Shown piece by piece: positions 39,738-53,332 of a stretch of DNA of 64,000 bases. Origin of the DNA: Pseudogymnoascus verrucosus (Eukaryota); NCBI GenBank assembly GCA_001662655.1, contig KV460232.1, one strand, 5' to 3'. Numbering within the stretch: the stretch's first letter is position 1; each line of letters starts with the position of its first letter. The notes beneath the pieces were generated by a model, which was not told where the DNA came from, did not search any database, and saw only the letters and a program-made list of their open reading frames with translations. A program made the position numbers and the translations under genes.

Positions 39738-39871
39738 TGGTCTGATCCAGGATCGAACTGGAGTCTCCACTGATTCTCATCCGCAAGCCCGCAAGTATCC
39801 AAGGAGCTTGAGTGCCATAGGCCCAAAATCGGAAGTTGAGAGGCGGTGTCTTACCATTAGACCATCGGACC
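39738..39871 (-). tRNA. Intron-containing tRNA or tRNA-like gene; best register anticodon TCA
   Basis: Acceptor GGTCCGA/TCAGACC+A73; D arm GTCT-AATGGTA-AGAC (A box); T arm TCCAG-TTCGATC-CTGGA (B box); 63-nt intron 39835-39773; T-run Pol III terminator directly downstream. tRNA fold is strong; anticodon identity is less certain. Confidence 0.85.
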
Positions 39872-40254
39872 TTTGGAATTAAAGGGTTGCCGCTTGGGCT
39901 GATGAGTATAGTTGCCCCGGATGCTTATCGAAGCTGGAGCCTCAGGAACCAGGTCTCCCTCCTCCTCCCACTCCTCAGGCAAGCGGAAGCCAGCTCAGCG
40001 GCTGTACCTTGCCTAGGGGGGACCTGGTTCCTGAGCTCGGCCGGAGACGCTCCCCGCTGGTTGGCAAGACGAGCATTTTCATACGCCTTGGCCCTACTAT
40101 TCGTTCAATCAAGAGAGCCGTGCAATACACAAACTATAAGGTCTTCTTATAACAGTCTAAACAAAGCTTTTTATATTCCTGATCCAACCCTACTCTATGT
40201 GTTATTATGATACTATTTGTCTGAAGACGGCAATTCTAGAATCCCCTTTGCGAT

Positions 40255-42092
40255 CTAAACCTCACCATCTAACTCCGCCCTCTCCTTCTCCTCAATATGG
40301 AGCAACGCCCCAGCTTCCTTCAACAATGCCGCATTCTGCAACCTACCCGCCTTGTCTGCCAACCCAAGAGGAGTATTCCCCGCCGCATTCCTCTCATGCA
40401 CGCTAGCACCCCTTCTCAACAGCTCTCTCACAACTTCAACTTCTCCACTGACAGCTGCAAGATGCAGCGCAGTATTCTCTGCATAATCCCTCGCAAGCAG
40501 CAATACATGCGACTCTGAATCTAGCATCGACTTGATCTTATCCAACTCTCCCGCCGCAATCGCGTATCCCAACTCCGTGAACCTGACCTGCTCAGTCGAC
40601 AGGGACGCACCAAGATCAAGGAGTGGGAGATGTGCGAACTGGTGCTTGGATGGGAGTGCCGTCATCTCACCACGCAGCGGGATGGACATCTGGCGCACGA
40701 TCTCGTCGTATGAAAGACCAGGCAGCGCGAGGAGGAAGAAGAGCTTCGTCAGCGCAGCCTCGGTGGTCAAGTCGTGTCCGAAGACGACACCGGCATTACC
40801 TAGGATGGTGGCGGGTTCGTATAGAGGCGAAACGGTACCAGAGCGGCACTGCGAGACGCTGACGATAACGATACCACGCCCAATAGCTGCCTTGATGACG
40901 TCGATGAACGCGCCATCTGGTCCCGAGGGTGCGTTGCCTGCACCGAATGTCTCGAGGATCAAGCCGTGCAGACCTGGGACTTTGAGAACGGAGTCAAGCA
41001 GCGCAGGGGTGATACCAGGGAAGATGCGCAGACAGGCCACGTGAGCGGTGTCGAGGGCGAATTGAACGTTGAAGCGCTTTAGAGCAGTGGCGCGGTGGAT
41101 GAGCGCCCAGTTCACATCGATTCCAATACCAGTGACGCGGGCGAGAGCCTCGCAGTTCGGGGAGCCGAAGGCATCGAAAGCAGTGGCGGAGATCTTAGTA
41201 GTGCGGTTACCGCGGTAGAGGGTGCGATGGAAGAAGAGGCAGACTTCTGGAATGAGGAAGGTACCTGCTATGATGAGGGCGCCGAGGAGGTTATCGACGG
41301 CGTCGGATTGGAGAGCGAAGATTGAGGCTTGGGAGCCTGTTAGGATGACGGGTTTGCCGAGGGCGGAGATCATGAATGAGAGTGCTGAAGCGGTGTAGGC
41401 GAGACTGTCTGTGCCGTGGAGGATTACGAAGCCGTCGTAGAGGGCGTAGTTGCTTTGGATGCAGGAGGCGATTTGGGACCAGCCGGCGGAGGAGATGGAG
41501 GAGGAGTCGAGAAGGACGGGGAATTCGTAGAGGGCGTAGCGGACGTGGCGGGAGTACTTGGAGATTGGGGTTCGGAGGGATGGGCGGTACTCGGTGGTTT
41601 TGTCATTGATGATTACTGGTAGTGGTTCTGGGTCTGTTAGACGGGGAACTTAGGGCAGACCGCAGATTATGAGAAATGATGCAAAATCACTGGGGATTGA
41701 ATTGAAGTATGGAAAAGTAGGAGGTAAATTGGTTGCTCAATTGCGTTTCTAGACGTCACATTACTCTTGCACTAGCAAGAGGTGTGAGCATCTCAAGGAT
41801 TCGACTATTTGTTGGATATTGCATCCTGCATATCTGTATGCGGCCACTCTCTATCTCTCTCTTATTCGCCCCCTTTTTATTTCTCTTGTCTCGCATTCGC
41901 TAAGTATAATAAACTGAATGGAAAGTTAGGCGTACCGCATATGCTCCCATCATTAAAGCTCGGCCTTGGCCTCATCGCCTCATCCATAAACCCCGTCGCA
42001 GGAACTAAACCCTGCGGACTCTCCTTCATACATATCGTGCCTCCGGTCATAATAATCAGCACCCTGCTCTCCGGGTGCTGTATCGCCGCCAT
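40255..42092 (-). CDS. L-asparaginase type I / 60-kDa lysophospholipase with C-terminal ankyrin repeats
   Basis: IIMTGGTICM, LLDSSS, LHGTDSLAYTASALSF, KPVILTGSQ, NTALHLAAVSG; ~300-nt intron ~41935-41634. Confidence 0.92.
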
Positions 42093-43077
42093 TTTGCTGT
42101 CTAGATTTTGTTGGGGTTGATCTGGTGCCACGCTTGGAGAAGAAATTTTGGGCAGAGAAGTGACGACGTGAAAGAGTCAATGCGATGAGACAATCAAATA
42201 GATTCCATCAGCATCCCTTTAACATCGGTGACAGGTCCTGTATCGGACAGAGTCCGGCCTCCCGTCGTTGAAATCTGCGATGACCTTCCCCATCCAGCCC
42301 CGCCTTACCCCGCCACCCGCGAAATTTAACGGTCACCACGTGCCCCACAACGGATGACTTGAGGGATATTTACGTAAATCGTTCTAGAACGTTTTCGTTG
42401 CGAATTACAAAGATCTACAAGAAGAAATATGCGGGATATAGCAATAAATGATAAATAAAAACTTCGTATTGGCACGGTCTTTTGATGGGTGGGCGGTGTG
42501 GTATTCTTGTGGATAGGTTCTGTAAAGACGTCATTTTGTGTTAATAAAATTCAAAATAAAATCCAAAATGTCAAGACCATACGACTGTTTAAATTCCAAA
42601 ACCAGTCTTATTCGTGCTGCCTAAGAGACTGAGAAGGACCTATGAGAAGTCTAGAGTCGGTCTCTTTAGTCAAAGCTAATAAACTCTGCATAGATTGATT
42701 TCTGAGTGACGGGCTCATTAAAATACCGTAATATGATAGATATAATTGCAGTGACTAAGACGCATCATTCTATTTATAGTTGCTATAGACAATCACACTA
42801 ACGAATCTAACATTTATTCCTAGTTTCTTAGTAACTGTTATGCGTGGTAGCCTCTTTAGGATATTTCAGGCGGCACGAGTGCCGTTGACGGACGTTTCAA
42901 AAATGAGCACAGGCATTATAGATCAAAATTTAAAGGGTAGAGACAGTCCATTTGACATAGCTACATATTTTTTCAATTCAGCGAAGGCTAATCCCTATGC
43001 GTTGAGACCTAGGGATACAGTCGGCACCGTTGAAGATTTGCCGCTTTGCCCGCCCTCGATTTTCACACCGGCGAGCT

Positions 43078-44193
<1,116 letters not shown>

Positions 44194-44241
44194 TCACGAG
44201 CTAATGGGGGATTAGCACCATCGTTGGGAAGGGGGAGGAAG

Positions 44242-44398
44242 GCATGATCCTTTCGCTGGTATTATCCAGATCAAGTTCATTTAACCGTATAATCTCAGAA
44301 CGAACTCCGCGGACTTCCAGGCACTACCATATCTCCTACGGATGTAGGAGGTGGATGGTAGCGTGTGGAGGGGCTAGAGAACGGACACCGGTTCATGC
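44242..44398 (-). promoter_or_regulatory. TPP riboswitch in THI4 5'-UTR intron
   Basis: Minus strand: P1 GCATGA...TCATGC; ACCGGTGT...CTGAGATTATACGGT; GAACTTGATCTGGATAATACCAGCGAAAGGA matches the fungal TPP aptamer core; branch GCTAAT and acceptor at 44201. Confidence 0.96.
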
Positions 44399-45364
44399 TC
44401 AGAGCTCTTCTCTGTATGTGATACCTTGATAATTTCGGGATAACGCCATGCTAGCAGATGGCATGACTTCCATCATATTGATGGTAAGTACTTGGTTTCT
44501 GAAGAAATATCCTAGACCTGTGAGTTAGCATTCATTAGGATGCTGGCAGCATATCCGGAGTTACTTTAAGTATTTTAGGAAGCTTGAAAGGCGAATATAA
44601 TATCTGAGGCGATTGCTGTAATGTTGATGAGAGGAAAGAAAGAAGAGGAGGAGGGTGGGCTTCGATGAAGAATAAGTAATAGAGGAAGCCGATAGCGGGG
44701 TAGATTATGACTGATGTAATATAAGGTGCAGCTCGGAAAGGAGCGGATGAACCCCTCATCCCCTACACCCACCCCCACTATCCTCCACAAGATAAACAAA
44801 TATTATATAACATCCAATAAAACGAGGATAAATCCAACCACAAAGGTTGTCGCCCTGTCAGTTTACTCCTTCCAATAGGCCAAAGACGTTGATATGCGCT
44901 TAGTCACAGAGAAACCCCCACTATATGCCCCCAACGGATTCGGAGACGCGTCAATTGAGTCGATCAAGAAAATATCAATTCAAGGGTATTTGGGATTAGA
45001 GTGGACAAGTTTGAAATTGTGCGGCCGGCGGAAAGTCAGGGCTCACACAAATCAGGGGAGAAAGTAATGCGAAGAGAATATATACAATATATTAAATAGA
45101 TAATGTGCGAATTTGATATCCAAGCCTCTCATCCAAGCTCCTACTACCATATCAAAGACAATTCGGGATCCATCGTGCTGGCGCAAAAAGAATCTATCCT
45201 CTCCACATGCGTAATAATTCAGACATCCGTCCTCCTCTTCCATACCTCCTCACCACGTGAAAAACGCCAAATCGATACTCGGTTTCCTACCAACTCCAGG
45301 CGTAGACTGAACTCCTTGCTACAAACTTTCGACGAAATCCTCCTGAGCAAGCAAATCCCGGGTG

Positions 45365-48324
45365 TTAGATGCTCATCCTCTTTTTTATCGGTCTTGCAGA
45401 TCCGTGTTCTCGGCGGGTCGGCTGGGGAACATGTGTGTTGCTCCTTGTAACAGGTTCAACTATACTTGCTCCATCCCCTCCCCCATCCCCACCGCCGCCG
45501 CCGCCACCGCCGTTGCCGTTGCCGCTTCCTGCTCTCCATCCTCCCGTAGAGCTTTCTCTCTTAGTCATCGGCGGACGATGATGTCTTGGTACCATACTCG
45601 GGCCCGGATGTAACATGCTGCTCAAGAAATTGCTCCCCTGCCTGGCTCTCCCTCTGAAGCCCTTGGGGTCCTCGTCTCTACCGGAAGCATTTGTGGTCGC
45701 AGTATCTAACTCCTCGCCTCCTCCAACAGTCGTGCCGAAACTGGAGCGGCGATGGCGTGCCGTCGCGTCTTCCATCTCGCGCTGGTGAAGCGATTCCGAA
45801 GGTAGCAGGATGGCGCGGTCGAGTTCGTATGGAAGGCCACGGTGCCGGCCACGGACCTGCATAGCGATGATAACCAATTTTCCTACGACATTGAATTGCC
45901 CGGAGAAAGATGCGTTTGTACCGGGATACCCCAAACTGAGCCCGACGGTACCGTATGCACTAATAATCTCGAACAGGCAGCTGAAGAGATTGAATGCGGG
46001 CTGGAGCGGGTCTTGAATGCGGTGGGCTTCTGCAATGGCCATGATGAACCACCCTAGTGTCACGAACCAGAGATCGAAAGACAACTGTCGACGGATATGG
46101 GACCCAACGTATGAAGGTTCCGCACTTTTGCTCTCAGCATCGTCCGTACCGCCACCCCAGATGCCAAGCGACTGTTCTTCATAGACGTTTGTACGACGAA
46201 CCGAAATGGCGATAGGGAATACGGAAATGTACATCATGATCATGTACGAAATTTGAATCGCAGGATGTAAGTCGGCGATTGACACAACAGCAAACCCGGC
46301 CGTGCGTGTGGCTGTAGCTTGGAACCAACCGTCGAGAACCCGGATGTTAGGAGGAAGGTCCGTTACCACTGGATTACCGAACTAATATAAATGTCAGCAT
46401 CTTCATACTCATTAGAATCAAATATGGAAGAGGGCTTACATCAAGAATGATGAAGAATATAAGATCGATACCGTTCAAGAGAACGAGGACCCAGAAAAGC
46501 CACCAGGTTGCAGTAGACGGGAACAACAGCGTAAAGCATCTCCTGGGATGATCAAGCAGGAACCTTAGTTCTTCCCATATCCCACTCGTCTTAGGCACCA
46601 GCTTGGAAGTACAATAGATGATGAACCTCAGTAGCACTGGAAACCCGGTATTGCCAAAAATAATCATGAAGGACATGACAAACAGAGGCCAAATGGCAGT
46701 CTGGAACGAGACCATACTGTCAGGAACGAGAGAGAATCCCAAATCGTTGAAACTTGACATCGCAGTGAAGAAACCCCACCAAGTGCGACTCATACCAGCG
46801 GCATCGACGATTGGACCATAACGGGCGTTATTAACAATCCAAGGAACGAGAGATATGGTAGTAAAGATGGTTCCAAACCAGAAATAGGACACAAGGACAA
46901 TCGCAAGGGTTTTCAAGGAGCGGTATTCGATCCCACCCAATTCCTCCCTTTCAGCCTCAGAAAGATCAACGAATGCTGAATTACGCCCTATGGTCGGTTG
47001 GAAACTGATGTAAGGCATAGGATCCGATTGCTCTTTGTCTTTCGTGAAGTGGCTTTTCAACCTTGTCAAGGACATGGCTCTTGATCTCGACCTTTCCGTC
47101 TTTTCATGTTCGCCATGAACCTTGTCACCACTCAACAATCTCGGCTTTCGGAATCTTAATACACCCAAACTGTGTGCAGCGGCGCGTGTTGACTCAGAGG
47201 CATGCTCGGTTATACTCGTATATTCCCTCGGACCATAATCAGCTGTTTCAGGGCGGTTCTCACTGGCGCTACTGCGATCAGAAGTACCTGAATCTGTGGT
47301 AGGGCTCTGTGACGATTCGGGCTCCGCATTTGGTCCATTGAGTCCCTGGGGCAAAGGCTCGACATCAGAATCACTCCGAACCATGCCTCCTGACATAATA
47401 TGCGCTTCGTCAATCGTCTCTGGTGCTACACCTCTATCGGCATCCCTAGGACCCGGGATCCGCAAGGCGCCTCCAGTAAGCCTCCGTTGGCGCTCCAAAA
47501 ACTCAATGTGTGTTTCTGGCTCCCTCGTGCTGGGCACTCGCAAGTATTCACTGTCAACGCCATCGCTTCGTTTAACCTGGTCTGCGAACTTGATCGTTGG
47601 TGCGGTTTTCAATGGTGGCGCCTCATGCTTTGGGCTCAATGATATACTGTCAGACTCCGACTTGTCAAACGTGATGGCGTAATCGTCTAGGTTTGGTGCG
47701 TCTGGTGCCCTTGATGCATTTGCGTTTGTATTTTCAGCGGTATCCTCTTCGGTCGCCGGATGGCCAGCTGTGCCCATACGTGTGGTGTCATGGATAACTC
47801 TTATCGTCCGCCCATTCACACCATGTTCTATTCCCGCTGTGTCTCGCTCTCCCTTCATCTGCGATCTCGTTTTCGACATACTCCTCCTCGCACGCTTCGC
47901 CTCCTTGGCGATGTGCTGGAACCGCTTCTCAAACCAATATAGTCGTAAAAATACAACAAAGGTATTATTCGTGATTGGATTGGTCATCATGGGCAGGAGA
48001 TATAGAACGATCTGTTGGAAGGTGTTGAGGTTGTTGAAGTCGATCGGATTCAGGCCGCTCTGAGTGCATGAGCCGGTTGAGAAGAATAGTGCATCGATAT
48101 AATCAATCTTTCCTCCTGCAATGACGAGGAAAGAGCCTAGGAAGGCCATACCGACGATCCAGAAGTCTACGACTGTGTCAATATTGCAGGGTACAGGAGG
48201 ACCCCAACGGCTGGGCTGACTTACAATGGACAGTAATGAAGTTAAAATGGGGTTTCCGGCTCAAGAATGATGGCTTCATGGCCTTGACTTGATGCCAGAC
48301 ATTGACAAAGGGTTGAAACACCAT
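45365..48324 (-). CDS. TRK1: Trk-family potassium transporter
   Basis: IDALFFSTGSCTQSGLN, LGGIEYRSLK, FLLDHPRRCFTLLF, TRTAGF, SAYGTVGLSLG, RGRHRGLP; two introns. Confidence 0.94.
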
Positions 48325-48945
48325 TTTGACGGCTGGTGAAAGAAACGCAGACAGGGAAGGTAGTGGTCCAAGGCTGGACGGAAGATTGGCAGAGTATGGC
48401 GCGGCACGAGATTATCAGGAGCGGTTCCCAAGGACAACAACCACGACAGTATGTCGTGATATCCTGCCCGAGATGTAGTGTTATGAGGAGGTGCTTGTGT
48501 TGTGATTGCGACCTGTGAGAAGCGGCATTGCGTTTGAATGAAGGTCGAAAGTGGCGATTGAGAGGGGTAACAAGTGGGCAGCGTGTTATAACTGGATCGA
48601 TAGATGTGTTGAAGAGAATTTAAACATGTCTGAAGCCAGATGGGTATATATGTAGTATACAAATGCTCAGTTGGCGGATAGGAGATGCAAAATCATTGTG
48701 CCGTCGTCCTGGCTGGATTGCGCCGAGGCGAAGGTGGGGATTCGCAAATCCACGGGTTGAGTCTAGCCCGTCCCCGGGAGTGCAGTGCCAAGAAATTTTT
48801 ATCGTAGTCCGCGTCCTCGATTTTGTGGGTTGAAGCTGCCAGTTACCCACTGGAAAATGGAAAACCACAGCTGAGCTGAGCTGTATTGCCCTTGTTCCAC
48901 AACGAAAGAGGGTCCTACGATCAGCCAACGATCCACTGCCTCAGA

Positions 48946-48990
48946 CCTGCATACAACTCTGCATACGACTCTCCATACTACTCTACATAC
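48946..48990. repeat. Degenerate 11-12 nt tandem repeat (CATACnACTCTn), about 4 copies
   Basis: ctgcatacaactct gcatacgactct ccatactactct acatac. Confidence 0.75.
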
Positions 48991-49751
48991 TTTTTTCTTG
49001 ACCAACATTGACTGTGCACTACATGAAAATACATGAAAATTATCAAGGATAGACATTTTACCATCCACCCAAAGTCCAACCCAGTCACACGTGGATGGAA
49101 TCTACCGTGTTTATGTTGTACGAGTAAGCACAGAATATTCTCTGTACTCATCCGGCACGGTACTCACCAACCCGAAGCCGCCCGGTATGCATTATCTCTA
49201 CCTACATATCAAAGTGTGCGGTGAGGCAGTGCAGGAAAGAGCTGCGTAGGATAAGGTCAACGGCCAACAGAATCAGACGGAACAGGATATTATCCTAGGG
49301 CATCCCTTCCTGTCAATTTCTGGTAGAATATTTTTATATGAGGGGTTTATTTTAACCTGGGGTAGGTATAACATCAAGCTTTCTTGAAGGGAGCGCTGGA
49401 AGCATGCACTGCCACATATTCACTTTGGATACTGACAAGAGCACCCTTTTCAGCTTGGCAAGTGAGTTTCCCATACGCATATTCCATATCACACTGCTCG
49501 CCATGATGTTACTGTTTCACCGCTATTCTACTTGGCCACAATCTCTACCATCACATTCAGCACGAGCCAGTGCTTGGATCTGACGCAATCTGTTATTATA
49601 TTGTATTGTTGGTGACGCCGTGCTCGAGATTACTATGCATTCTGTCTCGGCAAACAATTTTTCGCTGTCCCTTATGCCCAATGCCATTGATCAGCGCTCC
49701 CTCATATCTATGCCCATACGCCCTAGTACAATTTTATATATCCTATACATC

Positions 49752-52306
49752 CTAAATGCCAAGCTTCCGCTTCTGCGCGTCCCTCTGCAGCTTCTTGAAG
49801 AACGGGTTGCTCGGCTTCTTATCCTTCTTCAGCTCCTTATTCTTGCTGCGGTTCTGTTCAATGTAGGCCATATCTTGCCCTCCAGAGAGCTCAGCCAATG
49901 TGCCGGCCGTCCGACGAACTCCCTTCTTCCTGAACGCGGCGTTACGGTTGCCACCTGCACCAGCCACACTGAAGAGATCATCGGCGATTTTCTCCGAGTC
50001 AAAAGCACCTTCGTTCTGAATCATCACGTTTTGCAGCAATTCGCGACGTTCTGCTGGTGTTGAGAATGCCAAGCCCGGCAGATTCTCGATTCCCTGCAAG
50101 TGGGTGATGACCTTGAAGGCGTATCCCTGATCAACAAGGAAGGCCTGTCGCTTCGATGAGTAGTACATCTCTTGCGTGTCTTTAGACACAAGAGAGTAAA
50201 AGAAGGCGTTAAAACCTTCATCATTACGTCGCTTTGCTCTGAGAATTCTCCCAAGCCGCTGAGCTTCTTGGCGACGCGAACCGTAATGGGACGAAATCTG
50301 AATAAGGCAGGTGGCTTCGGGAAGATCCAGCGACGTGTCTCCAATTTTGGAGAGAAACAGCGTGTTGATGTTCTCATTATGCTGGAAATTATCCAGAATA
50401 CGCATGCGCTCAGCTTGAGGAGTTTCTCCGTAAATGTATGCCCTTCCCAGCTTTTCAGCATACATTTTTAGAGCGTAGACGTTGTCAGAGAAGACGATAA
50501 TTTTGTCGCCGCGCTTCTCGTGGTAGTCGATCAAAAACTGGCAGGCCTGGAATTTCCTTGGGTTCATAATGTATAAAAGGCCGCGTTTCCGATGGGTTTC
50601 GCGCAGGTACTCCGAGTAGAATTCTGTAGTCATCGGGCACCAGACTTCGGCACATTGAACCTTGGCGATGTGCCCTTGTTCTGCAAGCTCCATCCAGTTG
50701 GCTTCGTAGAGCTTGGGACCAATCAGGAAGTTAAGATCATTAATCTTGTCATCTTCACGAAGAAGAGTGGCTGTGAGACCAAGCTTTGAGTGTGTCTTGA
50801 TAGAAGATGTGACTTTTCTGAAGATGTTCGCGGGCACAACGTGTACCTCGTCCAGAATCATAAGACCCCATTCTCGGTTTTGTAAAAATTCCATCATCTT
50901 ACCAGCATCGTATGAACGCTGCCGCGTCTGAGTGACCATGGAATATGTGGACACGATAATACCAGTATTCCGCGTAAACTTCTCCTTGTGATCAGAGGTG
51001 AAAATAGCGATATCATTCGGGTTGATGTTCGACCACTTGAGGAATTCTTGCCGCCATTGAACCACAGACATGGAAGAGGTGCATAGAATGATGACTCCCT
51101 TTCTGATGGTGCAAGCAGCAGTGATACCAACAAGTGTTTTCCCCGCTCCACAGGGTAAAACGATAATCCCACTCTTTGCTCTGCCGTTTCCGAACATCTT
51201 ACTCAAGCTCTTTTCTTGGTAACTTCGAATTTGTGCACTCGGTTTCAAATCAATCTCAAGATTCGCATTTGCTTGATCGTTTCTGAAGTCGTACTCTTCG
51301 AGGATGGGTAGAGCAAGCTCCAAGCACCGCTTTTGCACCGTTTCAACTGAATTATCCTGAATCTCAAACGAATGAACAGCCTCTGCATCGTCATCATCAT
51401 CGTCATCTTCGTTCAGCGTAGCATATATGTCGTCTTGCTTCGGAGGTTCTTCGCCTTCTCTCAGTGCCACTTGCTGAGTCCCCGCTTGTTGCACCCCAGC
51501 CGCATTCTTCGTTCCTGGGATGACCAGGCCTTGCATGGTGGGCGCTGACGATTTCGTGATATCCCCAGAGCCTTGAACGCGAAGAGGCCCGATAACCTCA
51601 TCTTTCAGCAGCCGCTGTAACATCTCAGGGTCCGAACTCTCGACGAAACGCTTTGTATTCTTCAAGACCAGCTTGACTTTTCCAAAACTCTGCGTACAAC
51701 TTGTGATGTATTCTCGAATGTTGTCAGGTATTGGAATCTTAGAGAGACGGTCTAGCGTAGATATAATATCATTTGGATCGAGACCAACAGACACAGCTGC
51801 ATACAGACTGTGTGGCGTCAAGGCATATTCGTGGAGGTATTCGGGTCGAGACAGGGGTTCAGCAATAGTTGTCAGGAAGTCCTGGGCTTGGGCAGCGAGA
51901 GGCGAAAAGCTCTCTAATATGATGCGAGCCTTATGGGGATCTATCCAAAGAGGGCGATTATCGTGATCAGGTTTAAGTGACAGGTAGGAGAAGTCATTGT
52001 TGCCAAAGTGATGGCTTGCTGAATCCCTCTGTGCTGGACGAACTTGTTTCTTAGTCTTGTAACTCTCCGCTGAGAACTTATTTACGGCATTATCAATATT
52101 CTCCTCTTCGGTCTCACTGGCTTCTTCGCCCGAGAAGTTGTCATCGCTGCTGTCTATACTCCTTGGAGTGGCGGGACCAGGCGTAGACGTCGCCGAGTCT
52201 CGTCCTGTTTTTGGCGGTCCACGGACACCTGGTTATGTTAGTGACGCACATTACAGTATAGCAAAAGGTATGCCATACTAGAGGATGCCTTTCTCTTGGG
52301 AGGCAT
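49752..52306 (-). CDS. SSL2: TFIIH helicase XPB
   Basis: [45 protein letters not shown]; start MPPKRK before a short intron. Confidence 0.97.
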
Positions 52307-52552
52307 CTTCGGATCTGTAGATGCAACCCTTGAGGTTGTTGTGAGCAAGAACAGTTTCTGGAGGGCCTGGACGATCTTGAATATCGTAAGGCTGAGGCCC
52401 ACCTGAGTCATCAAATGCGCTAATCTGAAATAGTCCGAACGCGCCCCGCGTTCCTGCCTTTGCGCCTGTGAATATCCGTAGTGGGTGAGATCTGAGTACG
52501 AAACGTCCCCTTCAGCGAATTTATTCTTTGACTATCCATTTATTGCGTCAAC

Positions 52553-53098
52553 ATGTGGTGAGAACATTCTAGACCTTTGGAATATCCAGGCTTTCTAACG
52601 GTCCACAGCAAACACGTTCTCAACGCCCAAGTTTCCATCCGTTCACCATGCTGTATGGCTACCCCAATACCAGACTAGCCCAGTCAACGAGGCAGCTTCT
52701 TAACTACTCAACAGGCCGAAAATGGTTTGATTGCGCCGAGTGCCATCACGAGACCGAAGACCATGAGTTACTCCAGAAGATGGACATGGTAAGACCCCCA
52801 TTATCCCAATCCGCAGCAACCCTGAGCAAGCCTAACACACCCCGCCCGCCAGACCTTCGCCTGCAAAAAGTGCAAAAAGGCCTTCCGAAAGGATGCCGCA
52901 GTGTTCGAAGAAAGTGACGAGTACTGCCCGCACTGCGATAACCATTTTGTGCTGGAAGCCAAGACACCAAAGCCGATGCTGAAATTTGAGGGCGAAGATG
53001 CTCGAGTCGATAACAGGATGTTGATCGACCACAGAACGCGGCAAGAGGAAGCCCGGACCATATTCGACGTCAAGGACGCCCCTAATAAGCTGGGTTGA
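52553..53098 (+). CDS. Small CHY-type zinc-finger protein
   Basis: Spliced reading MC|KHVLNAQVSIRSPC|CRKWFDCAECH...FACKKCKKAF...YCPHCDNHF; three introns. Confidence 0.85.
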
Positions 53099-53332
53099 GT
53101 ACAAATCGAGTGGGGGAAAGGGGGGAGCTCAGGGGAAGGGGAAGCCAAGGGAGCGGGCAAGGACTGTCAAATATCCACATTAGCGGCATGAGTTACGAGC
53201 GCGGGTCTGTTAGTTTCACAGGCGAATATATCAGAGGGAACTTAGAAAGTTTCGCTCATTTGCTATAGTATACAGTGTCTAAAGAGGATATCGTGGCGCC
53301 GTTGGACAAGATGAGGGGTAACATAGAGTTAT

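Noticed and set aside
39836..39841. tRNA read as Glu(CTC), Leu(CAA) or Sec
   Set aside because: The CTC and CAA registers break the anticodon stem and the intron pairing; Leu and Sec need a long variable arm, which is absent.
42981..43006. Hairpin ATCCCTA/TAGGGAT in the THI4 3' UTR
   Set aside because: A 7-bp stem only, with no SECIS or aptamer motifs.
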